This document shows positions 19,172 to 28,739 of a stretch of 64,000 nucleotides of DNA, one piece after another. Position 1 is the first letter of the stretch, and each line of letters begins with the position of its first letter. The translations under genes were made by a program, and so were the position numbers. This stretch comes from Candidatus Cloacimonadales bacterium (lineage in GTDB: Bacteria > Cloacimonadota > Cloacimonadia > Cloacimonadales > JAIOQZ01). The notes under the pieces are model-generated. The model was not told where the DNA came from. It was given only the letters and a program-made list of their open reading frames with translations, and searched no databases. The stretch is from NCBI GenBank assembly GCA_963674825.1, contig OY771587.1:3008001-3072000 (forward strand), written 5' to 3'.

Positions 19172-20239
19172 CTATTCCGGCCGCATGGCCAATCCAAGCG
19201 CCAGGGCCAGTTGGGGGTCTTTTTTGTCCTTGAACTTCTCCGGCATCTCCAGATTTGTGTACGGGCTGTACACTTCCGTTTCGATATTCAGGGTTTCCTG
19301 AATATATTCGGGAAGTCCCTTCAACTTCGCGGAACCGCCAATCAGGAGGACCTTACGGAAGTCGCTATTTCCTGCTTCCTTGACGTAGAAGCGAAGTGAT
19401 CTGCGAACTTCGAGTGTGATCTGTTCCTGGGTGGATTTCTCGGAAATGTCGAGCATCTGAAGGGTTGTGTCCACTTTCTTTGCTTCTTCAACGATTCCGT
19501 GCTCGATTTTGTAGTCCTCCGCTTCACTAAAGCTGATATCTTTCTTTGCCATGATATCGCGAGTGAAGTTGTAACCACCCCATGGGATGTCACGAGCGAA
19601 GAACTTCGACTTGGGACCGTAAACCACCATATTGGTCTTGTGTCCACCAATGTTGAGAATAATGTAAGTACCATCCTCCACGAAGGTATTGAGGGCAAAC
19701 GCATTTGCCACACCAAGTGCCTCGATATCGACGATTCCCGGTGATAACTGGGCATCCGTCAGGATATCCGTATGCTCTTTGAGCAGGGACTTGGTTGCTG
19801 CTGCGAGAAGGATGTTCATGTTGTTGGTCTGTTCTTCCACGCTGAGTACCTGGAAATCGAGCAGCATTTCACTACCGCTGATAGGAAGGTGCTTCTTTGC
19901 TTCAAAGAACAGGGCCGATTCAAGTTCTTCCTCCGGAAGGAAGATGGTCTTGATTTGTTTGATACTCGTGTTGTCGCCGCCGATTGAAGACACAAGACGT
20001 TTCACGCGTTTAGGACTGATCTTCAGCGATTTCAGCATTTCGATCAATACTGGGGCGAAACGTTCCCTGCGTAGATCGGACGGGACATACTCGACTCCGG
20101 AAGGAACCGTAGGCCGGATCTCGTAGTTCAGCAGCTTAAAGCCTTCGTGCAGTTTTTTAAGATGCACGAGCTTGATGCTGTGACTGCCGATATCCACACC
20201 GATGGATTCCCTGAACCTTGTTTTCTTCTGCTTAGCCAT
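19172..20239 (-). CDS. pilM: Type IV pilus assembly protein PilM
   Basis: GVDIGSHSIKLV, LLAAA, LNIGG, LIGGSAKLKGL, ALGLAMR. Confidence 0.93.
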   Translation of the reverse strand: MAKQKKTRFRESIGVDIGSHSIKLVHLKKLHEGFKLLNYEIRPTVPSGVEYVPSDLRRERFAPVLIEMLKSLKISPKRVKRLVSSIGGDNTSIKQIKTIFLPEEELESALFFEAKKHLPISGSEMLLDFQVLSVEEQTNNMNILLAAATKSLLKEHTDILTDAQLSPGIVDIEALGVANAFALNTFVEDGTYIILNIGGHKTNMVVYGPKSKFFARDIPWGGYNFTRDIMAKKDISFSEAEDYKIEHGIVEEAKKVDTTLQMLDISEKSTQEQITLEVRRSLRFYVKEAGNSDFRKVLLIGGSAKLKGLPEYIQETLNIETEVYSPYTNLEMPEKFKDKKDPQLALALGLAMRPE

Positions 20240-20282
20240 AGTACCTCTTTTCTATGTTAATCTTCGAAATTTATTAATATGA

Positions 20283-22121
20283 TCAGAAGCTCCGGGGCGG
20301 AATAATGTAACGATATGCCACTTCTTCGAGCGGAGCCTGACCCCCTTCTAAATGTACCTCAGGATAATCCGGAGGAGGATTTTCTATAAAACGATTGTCA
20401 TATCGATAATCCTTGTCGTAACCTATTCCGCTGCCGTCTGCGCCAGGTGCATTCACGCCAACGACAGGCAGCTCGCCAAAGCGATACTGATCAATATCCC
20501 AGTATCCGTTATCCTGGTCAGCGTTACCACTTCGGTGGACAAACCCTCTGCATCTCTGAGCGACGGATCCCCAGATAAAGATGTTTCCTCTTTCAAGGTA
20601 GGGGACTTCCTCGGGCCATATGGGATTGTACCAAGGGTAATCGAGTCGATTGCTTGCAAACCCAATACCTTCGGCAGTATTGGAAGGCCAGGGCCACCTG
20701 TGGCTCGGAAGATCGGGCGGATATTTTCCAAGATGAAGGTCGATGAATGAGTAACCGCCCTGATCAACAGTGGAACGATGCGGGAACTGGTATTCAAATG
20801 TGAAGATACCGTCAAGATGATGATCTCCGTCACCATCGCCCATTGCGCACATGGCTGCATAGATCATGATGCCGGGGTAGATGCTGTCCACATCCAGCGT
20901 TCCGCAATTAGGTTGCAACCGCTCCAAAGTATATGGATGTTTGTATCCATAGCCAACATATATGCTTTTTTCTGAGACGATACCGACAAAGTCCCGGGTG
21001 TTTTCCGCGCTTTCGTCGGAACCATCTGGTGGTGTTCCGGGGGTCGTGCCCGTCAAGGTGATATCGTCAACAAGATAGATATCATCTGAGCATCCCCAAG
21101 TCTGTGCTCCCGTAAATTTACCTTTGAGCCAGAGCTCCGTGTAGATCATGACCGAGCCTTCGCCCATCGTCCAGTTGTGCGGGCCTGTCCATACCGTATC
21201 CACGAATGTGACCATGTTGGTATTGATCTGGTTGCCTACAGGTCCGTAGGGCGGGTAGTTGTCATAAACAGGTATTTCAGTCGGCTCAGCATTTGAAATG
21301 ACTTGTCCGACATAATAAGTAACATTCATACCGTTTACTTCGCAGTAAAGGATATCGGTTGTTGCCCAGTTAGCCGGGAAATTCTGGCCATTTGCACGAA
21401 TAAGATCGGCTGTTGGTGAAAAGATGACAGAAAGCGCTTCTTCTTTCCATCCGTTGAGGAACAGCTCTTCATAATCGGGCTCATAGGGTTCGAAAACAAA
21501 GTTGCCGTGTGACGTAACCCGTTCGTGAAACAATGGCCAGCTACCGCCAGTGCGCTTGAAGTGAATGTCTGTATTGCTGTGGACTTTTCCCCAGAGAACG
21601 TCTTGACCATAGAACCATACTTCTGTTCCGAAAATGGACATATCCGTATCGGTAAAGTACATATAACCGGCGAGTGTCTGCGTTGCATAGGTCCTCTGTG
21701 CTGCCGTTTGCACAGGAGACAAATCTTTGTCACTGTAATAGGTGACTGTGTTCGCAGGTCTGCGGAACGTTTTTGCATTCGCAATAATCGATTTGCGGTT
21801 TCTCGTCGTTGCTGCCGTACCGATCGAGTTGCGAGACAGCTTCGTTTTGATTGCATGAGTCGACTTGGTCAACCCCGAATTGATCTGTATTTCCCTGATA
21901 GGAAGCGTTGTGTTGTTGTAGCCGCTACCCATAAAGGTCGTTGCGACAAGACCACGCGTCATCTCTGCACGAATCAGGTGGAGCTGCTGGATCTCATCCA
22001 GGTGATAGGTCGTAAAGACAGTGTCTCGGCTTGCAATCGAGCTAAAGACTAATCCAGAAACAGCGGCGAAGACCATAAGCACAACCGATATTACAATATT
22101 TCCATTTTCCTTTTTCAGCAT
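20283..22121 (-). CDS. Large PilX/GspK-like minor pilin, paralog 3 (DUF4900/ComZ-like)
   Basis: KKENG|NIVISVVLM class III-like leader with no Glu+5; WGKVHSN; DKDYRYDNRF..PPPDYP C-terminus. Confidence 0.75.
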   Translation of the reverse strand: MLKKENGNIVISVVLMVFAAVSGLVFSSIASRDTVFTTYHLDEIQQLHLIRAEMTRGLVATTFMGSGYNNTTLPIREIQINSGLTKSTHAIKTKLSRNSIGTAATTRNRKSIIANAKTFRRPANTVTYYSDKDLSPVQTAAQRTYATQTLAGYMYFTDTDMSIFGTEVWFYGQDVLWGKVHSNTDIHFKRTGGSWPLFHERVTSHGNFVFEPYEPDYEELFLNGWKEEALSVIFSPTADLIRANGQNFPANWATTDILYCEVNGMNVTYYVGQVISNAEPTEIPVYDNYPPYGPVGNQINTNMVTFVDTVWTGPHNWTMGEGSVMIYTELWLKGKFTGAQTWGCSDDIYLVDDITLTGTTPGTPPDGSDESAENTRDFVGIVSEKSIYVGYGYKHPYTLERLQPNCGTLDVDSIYPGIMIYAAMCAMGDGDGDHHLDGIFTFEYQFPHRSTVDQGGYSFIDLHLGKYPPDLPSHRWPWPSNTAEGIGFASNRLDYPWYNPIWPEEVPYLERGNIFIWGSVAQRCRGFVHRSGNADQDNGYWDIDQYRFGELPVVGVNAPGADGSGIGYDKDYRYDNRFIENPPPDYPEVHLEGGQAPLEEVAYRYIIPPRSF

Positions 22122-22142
22122 AGCTTCTACCTTGTTTTCGGG

Positions 22143-23981
22143 TTAAAAATTTCCAGGTGATTCGACAAAATTGTACGACACCTCATGATACGCGTTGCTA
22201 AAGTTTCCACGCTTCACCGGCGGAAAGTCCGGCGGTGGGCATGTTTGAAATCTATAGTCATAGTGATAATCTTTGTTATACCCGCTAGCACCGACGCTTG
22301 TCGTTCCATTGATGGATTCGCGTCCCCAGGCATGGTTTCCATACACAAAGTTATCCATATCCCAGTATTCACTCGAATCCATCGGGTCGCTACCGCTTCT
22401 ATGCGTGAATCCACGGCGAACCTGGGCGACTGATCCGTACAGATGGATCGTTCCGCGCATTCTGATCGGTTCTTCTTCCGGCCAGAGCGGGTTATAGAAG
22501 GGATAATCCGGAGCATAGTCATCGCCCGTCACGCCACTATAGATGGCGCGATTCACCGGCATGGGCCAGAGCTGATCACCTTGCGGCGGGTACCAGCAAA
22601 CATGAAGGTCAGGATACTCGTAGGTTACACTAAACTCCGTATAGGTTGGCGTGCTGTGATGCGTGTATTGATACTGATATGTGAATACACCGTTGCGTTG
22701 CGATGTTTCATCGCCATCTCCCAGCGCGCAGAGCGCTGCGTAGATGTTGATGTCGTCGCAGTTGTAATGTCGACGATGGCCGCCTTCATATTCATCGCTC
22801 AGTCCGTACTGGATATAAATCGATTTCTCCGACACGATTCCCATATAGTCGATCGTATTCATCGGTGCATCGTCAGAACCATCCGGATTTTCGCCCACTG
22901 GTGTATTCTGATAGATGATATCATCGACAAGGTAGATATCTTTCGAGCTACACCATGTCTGAGCGCCAGAAACGGTGCCCTTGATCCAGAGTTCATGCGG
23001 GACAAACACCGAGCTTCCGGTCGGGACAAGACCGGAAGGCCCTTTCGACCACAACGTATCGTAGAACGTGACCTTGTTAATTCCGATCGAGTCGCCGATT
23101 TCGCCCATCGGGGGATAGCTATCGTAAACGATATAAGGTACTGCTTCGGTTTCATAGACATCTCCGAACAAGACGTCGTACGATAATCCCATCAATCTAA
23201 CATATACGATCCTCTTCGGGCTGTTTGCCTGTTCGAGGAAAGGTCTTAGTCCATTACGTCGGATTTCTTCGGCGCGGTTATTGAAAATAATCTCGCGAGC
23301 ATTCTCTGTGTAACCACTAAGGAACACTTCGTCTTCGTCAGGAGGCCCACCAAAATACCGGATCTGGCCTGCCGTGCTTACATGGTCGTGGAATACAGGC
23401 CAGCCAAAATAGCTTTTCAGCCAGATATCCGTATTACTGTGCACTCTTCCCCATATCTCATCGCTTCCGTAAAAATAGATATAGTCGTTATTAACGGATG
23501 CGTTGGTTTTTGTTAGGTCCGAGAATGATGCGTATGTTTCAGCTGTGTAGGTTCTGATCGCGCTACACTCCACGGGGCATTTCTTGTGCGATTTATTGTA
23601 ATCCGCAAGGGATGCCGGGCATTGGAACGTCTTTGCTGTTGAAATCACCTGATGAAGCGTTCCATGGTAGTCCGATCCGTTGTCCCTGACGCACCGAATT
23701 TCGGTTTTGAGAGCATAGGTCGTTTTCGATGCACCGTTGTCCATCTCGATTTTACGGATGGGCAACGCACCGTTATCATTATTGGTAGACATTTTCAGCA
23801 TACCCTGGAATCCCCGGAGAATCTCGGAGCGAACCATGTGGGTTTGTTGTACTGCATTAAGCTGGTAGTTTGTGAATACACAATCACGGTTTGCTATCGA
23901 CGTGAAAACAATACCTGAAACCGCAGCCATCACGACGATGACCATGGATATCAAAACGTTTCCATTATCCTTTTTCAGCAT
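22143..23981 (-). CDS. Large PilX/GspK-like minor pilin, paralog 2
   Basis: KKDNG|NVLISMVIV; WGRVHSN; GYNKDYHYDYRF..PPPDFP. Confidence 0.75.
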   Translation of the reverse strand: MLKKDNGNVLISMVIVVMAAVSGIVFTSIANRDCVFTNYQLNAVQQTHMVRSEILRGFQGMLKMSTNNDNGALPIRKIEMDNGASKTTYALKTEIRCVRDNGSDYHGTLHQVISTAKTFQCPASLADYNKSHKKCPVECSAIRTYTAETYASFSDLTKTNASVNNDYIYFYGSDEIWGRVHSNTDIWLKSYFGWPVFHDHVSTAGQIRYFGGPPDEDEVFLSGYTENAREIIFNNRAEEIRRNGLRPFLEQANSPKRIVYVRLMGLSYDVLFGDVYETEAVPYIVYDSYPPMGEIGDSIGINKVTFYDTLWSKGPSGLVPTGSSVFVPHELWIKGTVSGAQTWCSSKDIYLVDDIIYQNTPVGENPDGSDDAPMNTIDYMGIVSEKSIYIQYGLSDEYEGGHRRHYNCDDINIYAALCALGDGDETSQRNGVFTYQYQYTHHSTPTYTEFSVTYEYPDLHVCWYPPQGDQLWPMPVNRAIYSGVTGDDYAPDYPFYNPLWPEEEPIRMRGTIHLYGSVAQVRRGFTHRSGSDPMDSSEYWDMDNFVYGNHAWGRESINGTTSVGASGYNKDYHYDYRFQTCPPPDFPPVKRGNFSNAYHEVSYNFVESPGNF

Positions 23982-24028
23982 AACCAGCTCCTTGTTGCTG
24001 TGTGTGAAACTGTCTATTCTTGCTTCTA

Positions 24029-25891
24029 TTAGAATCCTGAGGGCGGCCTCTTGATCTTCATCGCTACGTGCTGGAACTGACCAGCCTTACCGCGAATATT
24101 AACGGCAGGAAAGTCTGGCGGCGGATTTTCCATGAAGCGATAGTCGTAGTGATATGCCTTGTCATAACCTGTAGCACCAGTACCAAGAGCTCCGTTGATG
24201 GTCTCGCGTCCCCATGCATATCGCCCATAAACATAGTTATCCATGTTCCAGTAATCTGCGGTATCGAGCACATCGCTACCGCTACGACGGACGTGACCGC
24301 GACGCACCTGTGACAAGCCACCGAATAGATGGATCGTACCTCTGAGGCGGATCGGTTGAGTTTCCGGCCATAATGGGTTATACCATGGATAGTCGGGCGG
24401 TCTCTGGTCTCCGGTAAAGGCCGCGTAAAGGCCACGATTCACGGGAGTAGGCCAGAAGGGTGAGACAGTGGGCGGATACCAGCACAAGTGAAGGTCCGGG
24501 TAAGTGAATACCTCATTGCCAGCCAGTACGTTTGGCGTGCTGAAATGTGTGTACTGATATTCGAAGGTAAACTGACCGTCTTCGTGTGGCTCACCTTCTC
24601 CATCGCCCAGCGCGCAAAGAGCGCCGTAAATGTATATGTCTTCGCAATTGTAGTGATGACGCAGTGAGTCGGCCATCATATCGCGAATACCGTATTGAAT
24701 AAAAATTCGTTTCTCGGAAACAATACCGAGATAATCGACCGTATTGAGCGGGTCGCCGTTATCGCCATCGGGCGCTTCACCGGGGTCGGTATTGGCATAA
24801 ATGATGTCATCGACAAGGTAGATGTCCTTAGCGCAGCCCCAAGTCTGTGCGCCGTAAACAGAACCTTTCAGCCAAAGAGTATCATAGCAGAAAACCGATG
24901 TTCCTGACGGGATATTGCCCGAGTTTCCATAGACCCAGGTAGTATCGACAAAGGTGATGACATTGTAGCCAAGGGAGTCGCCGACAGCGCCGAAAGGCGG
25001 GTAGTTATTGTAAACATAAAGTGTTTCTGGCTGTGGCGGGTAAGATTTTTCATGAATATCGCCAAACATGACGTTATAAATCGTTCCATCGATTTCGACA
25101 TAGACGATTTCGTGTGTATCCGATTCTGCATCGCCGAAGGGTTTCATCGCGTTCTGGCGAAGGAGGTCGGCTGTTGGGTTGAACTCGATCCAGCCTGCTT
25201 CTTCAGTGTAACCGTCAAGGTACACTTCGTCTTCATCAGGGGTACCCCCAAAGTACTGCATATGTCCAGCCGTACTCACATGGTCGTGGAATACCGGCCA
25301 ACCCGAGAGGTTCTTGAGCCAGATATCGGTGTTACTGTGTACGCGCCCCCAAAGTTCGTCGTTACCGTAGAAATAGACCGGGTCCTCGTTCACCGATTCG
25401 TCGGTGTTGGTCAGATACATGTAGCCAGCGAAGGTTTCCTGCTGGAGAACGCGTTCACCGTATTTCTCGATGGGGGATTTATTTTCCGTTCCGTAGTAAC
25501 TGGTATAGGACGGAGTAGAGCGGAAACCTTTTATTTTGGATCTGATGATGCGTTTGTTTGCTAAATTGAGTCCGGAAGAGGTTGTGTATCTGCCTAATTG
25601 TGTTTTCATAGCATAGGTTGTCGTGGCAAAGCCGTGATTAACCTGCACTTTTTTAATAGGCAAAATGTATTGATCCGCGGATCCGGTGTACTCCTGGTTT
25701 GTGCGTATTCCTCTGGAAACTTCGGAACGAAGCCAGTGCAATTCTTGTGTTGAATCCAGCGACATTAATGTCGAGGTCGCATCACGAGAAGCGACAAGTG
25801 ACAACGTCAGGCCGGATATTACAGCAAGGATCGCGATAAGGATCGAGATCGCAAGGTCTCCTCGCTGATTTCTGAGTAATTTCATCCACAT
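24029..25891 (-). CDS. Large PilX/GspK-like minor pilin, paralog 1
   Basis: RNQRG|DLAISILIA; WGRVHSN; GYDKAYHYDYRF..PPPDFP. Confidence 0.75.
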   Translation of the reverse strand: MWMKLLRNQRGDLAISILIAILAVISGLTLSLVASRDATSTLMSLDSTQELHWLRSEVSRGIRTNQEYTGSADQYILPIKKVQVNHGFATTTYAMKTQLGRYTTSSGLNLANKRIIRSKIKGFRSTPSYTSYYGTENKSPIEKYGERVLQQETFAGYMYLTNTDESVNEDPVYFYGNDELWGRVHSNTDIWLKNLSGWPVFHDHVSTAGHMQYFGGTPDEDEVYLDGYTEEAGWIEFNPTADLLRQNAMKPFGDAESDTHEIVYVEIDGTIYNVMFGDIHEKSYPPQPETLYVYNNYPPFGAVGDSLGYNVITFVDTTWVYGNSGNIPSGTSVFCYDTLWLKGSVYGAQTWGCAKDIYLVDDIIYANTDPGEAPDGDNGDPLNTVDYLGIVSEKRIFIQYGIRDMMADSLRHHYNCEDIYIYGALCALGDGEGEPHEDGQFTFEYQYTHFSTPNVLAGNEVFTYPDLHLCWYPPTVSPFWPTPVNRGLYAAFTGDQRPPDYPWYNPLWPETQPIRLRGTIHLFGGLSQVRRGHVRRSGSDVLDTADYWNMDNYVYGRYAWGRETINGALGTGATGYDKAYHYDYRFMENPPPDFPAVNIRGKAGQFQHVAMKIKRPPSGF

Positions 25892-25965
25892 AGTTTCTCC
25901 AGGGAATTTACCTCAAACACAGTCCACGAGCTCTGTGTTCGGTTTTGTTTTTTTTCATTATGTTC

Positions 25966-26559
25966 TTATCTAACTTTGATTTTGGTTTCGAAATGAACGC
26001 TTTGCACTTTGTCATCGCCGACATCCATCTCCGCGTCTAGCTCGACTCCCCACAGTCTTTCTCTTGTGCCGTCGAGGTTGACAAACCGCAGATCGGTAAC
26101 GGTAATATCATCCGCATGTTCAACGGGGAAGAGTATTGTCGGGGTTGATGGTGAGTAGTTTCCATATTTGTAGCGTGCCTGAACGTTGCGATCGACCGGA
26201 TCATAGGAGAATTCGACGTAATCACCAGTATGGATCGTCTCTGTACCTTTGAAGATACAGCGTAACGTCCGATATTCACCTGGTGCAATCTGATCGGAAT
26301 ACTTTGTTGTATCTGCGACCATGATTCCCATGAATTCACCGTCGTCCGACCCTTCGATAATCATACCGTGTTTGAATGTGTGCATCAGGTCGAAGGCGTC
26401 GTTCTGCAGATCGGCATACATATTCAGCTGGCTGAATTTCACAAAAAAGACCATCATTCCGACGCCGGCCATGAAGATCATTATGCCTGTTATGGTCATC
26501 GCGATGATCAATTCGATCAGCGTAAAACCTTGGTTATTAGAACATTTCAAATCAAACAT
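25966..26559 (-). CDS. Minor pilin, PilW/GspJ-like
   Basis: NNQG|FTLIELIIAM prepilin N-methylation motif. Confidence 0.85.
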   Translation of the reverse strand: MFDLKCSNNQGFTLIELIIAMTITGIMIFMAGVGMMVFFVKFSQLNMYADLQNDAFDLMHTFKHGMIIEGSDDGEFMGIMVADTTKYSDQIAPGEYRTLRCIFKGTETIHTGDYVEFSYDPVDRNVQARYKYGNYSPSTPTILFPVEHADDITVTDLRFVNLDGTRERLWGVELDAEMDVGDDKVQSVHFETKIKVR

Positions 26560-26561
26560 CC

Positions 26562-26993
26562 TTAGATTTCACGGAAGTAGTCTTCACGCAACGTTATTTT
26601 TCGGGTTTCATTATCGGATGGATTCTTCCAGGTAACGGTTACTTCGACTGCATAATACATCATGGAGGCGAATCCGGTCGAACTGTCCGTATCACTCCAG
26701 TCGTTCATGGTCATCGTACCGTTCAGTCTGTGGTTTCCATCTCTATCCAATGTTACTGTGCGAGTTAGGAATCGGTCGGGTTCACTGTAAATCTCTATCT
26801 GGAGCATCTGATAATCCAGCTCGCCGGAAGCGTGCAGGATAGCGACCCTGTTGTGGTAATTATCCACCAGGGTCGCCTCCGCATACACTATTCCAATATA
26901 GAGTCCGATGAAAGCGACCAAAATGATCACACCTTCCATCAGAACAGAGATCAGGGTAAAACCGCCATCCGATTTAAGAATGGGTTTACGCAT
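26562..26993 (-). CDS. Minor pilin, PilV/GspI-like
   Basis: SDGG|FTLISVLMEG leader; C-terminal VEVTVTW motif; TGATG coupling to pilT. Confidence 0.78.
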   Translation of the reverse strand: MRKPILKSDGGFTLISVLMEGVIILVAFIGLYIGIVYAEATLVDNYHNRVAILHASGELDYQMLQIEIYSEPDRFLTRTVTLDRDGNHRLNGTMTMNDWSDTDSSTGFASMMYYAVEVTVTWKNPSDNETRKITLREDYFREI

Positions 26994-28048
26994 CAAAAGC
27001 CAACTCCAGTTACGAACATTTTGTCGTTATCTGCTACGCGTTCCGCAACGGAACGATCGAGCAGGCCGTTCATCACCAAGTTGTACAGGGATTGATCGCG
27101 AGACTGCATACCTTCTTTGGTTCCAGACTGGATCACGGAAGGAATCTGATAAGTCTTCTCTTCACGGATCAGGTTTCGAACCGCAGCGTTAGCAATCATG
27201 ATTTCAATCGCAGGAACGCGTCCTTTACCATCCTTTTTCTGAAGCAGTGTTTGAGCGACGACCGCCTCCAGAGATTCGGAAAGCATCGAACGAACCTGAG
27301 CCTGTTGCTCTTTGGGATACATATCGATTACACGGTCAATGGACTTGGTGGCGCTGCTGGTGTGCAGTGTCGCCAGAACCAGGTGACCGGTTTCAGCCGC
27401 AGTGAGAGCAAGTGAGACCGTTTCCAGGTCGCGCATTTCACCAACCAGGATGACATCCGGGTCTTCACGAAGCGCAGAACGAAGCGCCGCCACGAACGAC
27501 CATGTGTCCCTTCCCAGCTCACGCTGGTTGATCAGAGAGTTCTTACTCTTGTGTACGAACTCGATCGGGTCCTCAATGGTAATAATGTGGCAGTACCGGT
27601 TCTCGTTGATCGTGTCGATCATGGATGCGAGCGTGGTCGATTTACCGCTACCGGTAGGTCCTGTAACCAGGATCAGCCCTTTTTCCTTCATTGCAAGTTT
27701 GCGAAGGATGTCGGGAAGGAACAATTCCTCAAAGGATTTCACTTCATTGGGAATAACGCGGAAAGCCGCGGCAAGCCCGTTGATCTGATGAAAAGCGTTT
27801 ACACGAAAACGCACTTCGTTGTCGAGCTTTGTCGAGAAGTCCAGCTCCAGTTTCTCTTTGAAGATCGCCCGTTGGGATTCGTTCATGACTCCGAAGATCA
27901 GGTCTTCAACTTCTTTCTGCGACAGTTTCGGCAGGTTGAGAGGCTTCATGAGCCCGTGAACCCGCACCATCGGTATCGAATCCGTACTGATATGAAGGTC
28001 AGATGCCCCCGCGTCAGATGTGAATTCGAGCAGTTTTTGTATTGTCAA
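26993..28048 (-). CDS. pilT: Type IV pilus retraction ATPase PilT
   Basis: ASDLHI, RFRVNAF, GPTGSGKSTT, IEDPIEF, LREDPDVILVGEMRD, TGHLVLATLHT, AVRNLIRE; TTG start. Confidence 0.96.
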   Translation of the reverse strand: MTIQKLLEFTSDAGASDLHISTDSIPMVRVHGLMKPLNLPKLSQKEVEDLIFGVMNESQRAIFKEKLELDFSTKLDNEVRFRVNAFHQINGLAAAFRVIPNEVKSFEELFLPDILRKLAMKEKGLILVTGPTGSGKSTTLASMIDTINENRYCHIITIEDPIEFVHKSKNSLINQRELGRDTWSFVAALRSALREDPDVILVGEMRDLETVSLALTAAETGHLVLATLHTSSATKSIDRVIDMYPKEQQAQVRSMLSESLEAVVAQTLLQKKDGKGRVPAIEIMIANAAVRNLIREEKTYQIPSVIQSGTKEGMQSRDQSLYNLVMNGLLDRSVAERVADNDKMFVTGVGF

Positions 28049-28063
28049 GAAAGCCCCCTGTGG

Positions 28064-28486
28064 TTATTCTTCCTCGTCATCCGAGTACTGGTCAACACCC
28101 CAGCCATAGAAGTAAGCTTCTTCTACGTCGTAGGAGACCTGATGGCCTTCGCCTGCCGGATGGTCAGCGGTAGAGGTGGCAACATACTTTTTCGGCGGGT
28201 TGCCAACAACTTCGAATTCCCAGTTCATTGTGGTAGATTCACCAAGTTTACAGTCTTTCAGCGCTTCTTCAACGGTGTAATCGTCGGTATTTCCAAATTT
28301 CTGCTTTTGGATGTTATAGGCATTACGGATTGCGCGAATTGCTGATTGAGGCTCAGTTGCACGAGCTTGTTCCACATAACGCATATAAATAGGTACCGCG
28401 ATGGCCGCAAGGATCGCCACGATAATAACGACAACAAGGATCTCAATAAGAGTAAATCCTTTTTGGGTTTTCAGGAACTTTGACAT
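28064..28486 (-). CDS. pilA: Major type IVa pilin
   Basis: QKG|FTLIEILVVVIIVAILAAIAVP; strong AAGGAGG RBS; first gene of the cluster. Confidence 0.88.
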   Translation of the reverse strand: MSKFLKTQKGFTLIEILVVVIIVAILAAIAVPIYMRYVEQARATEPQSAIRAIRNAYNIQKQKFGNTDDYTVEEALKDCKLGESTTMNWEFEVVGNPPKKYVATSTADHPAGEGHQVSYDVEEAYFYGWGVDQYSDDEEE

Positions 28487-28528
28487 TTTTCCTCCTTAGA
28501 TTTGGTTTTCTATGTCGTGATTCTGTTT

Positions 28529-28545
28529 TGCAAATAGTATTCCAA
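28529..28545 (-). promoter_or_regulatory. Putative sigma54 (-24/-12) promoter of pilA
   Basis: TTGGAATACTATTTGCA with GG-N10-GC spacing, about 42 nt upstream of the pilA ATG. Confidence 0.6.
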
Positions 28546-28739
28546 CACCAATCACTAATTGTGTCATTTCGTGTAAGGAGTCCTGATTTTGTAAAGATAA
28601 TTTGCTGAACCCAAACACCCGAGCCCTCCAATTTATTCCTTGACGGGAAAATGACAGAATTTTGTAACTTCCACTTCCGAGTGTCGTTTCTAATTCAAAA
28701 AGCTATACAGGATAGAAAACAGGAAGAGGAGAGTAACCT

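Noticed and set aside
20283..25891. Diversity-generating retroelement or shufflon acting on the PilX-like paralogs
   Set aside because: No reverse transcriptase or recombinase is in the window, all copies are co-oriented and intact, and no near-identical adenine-variable repeat pair was seen.
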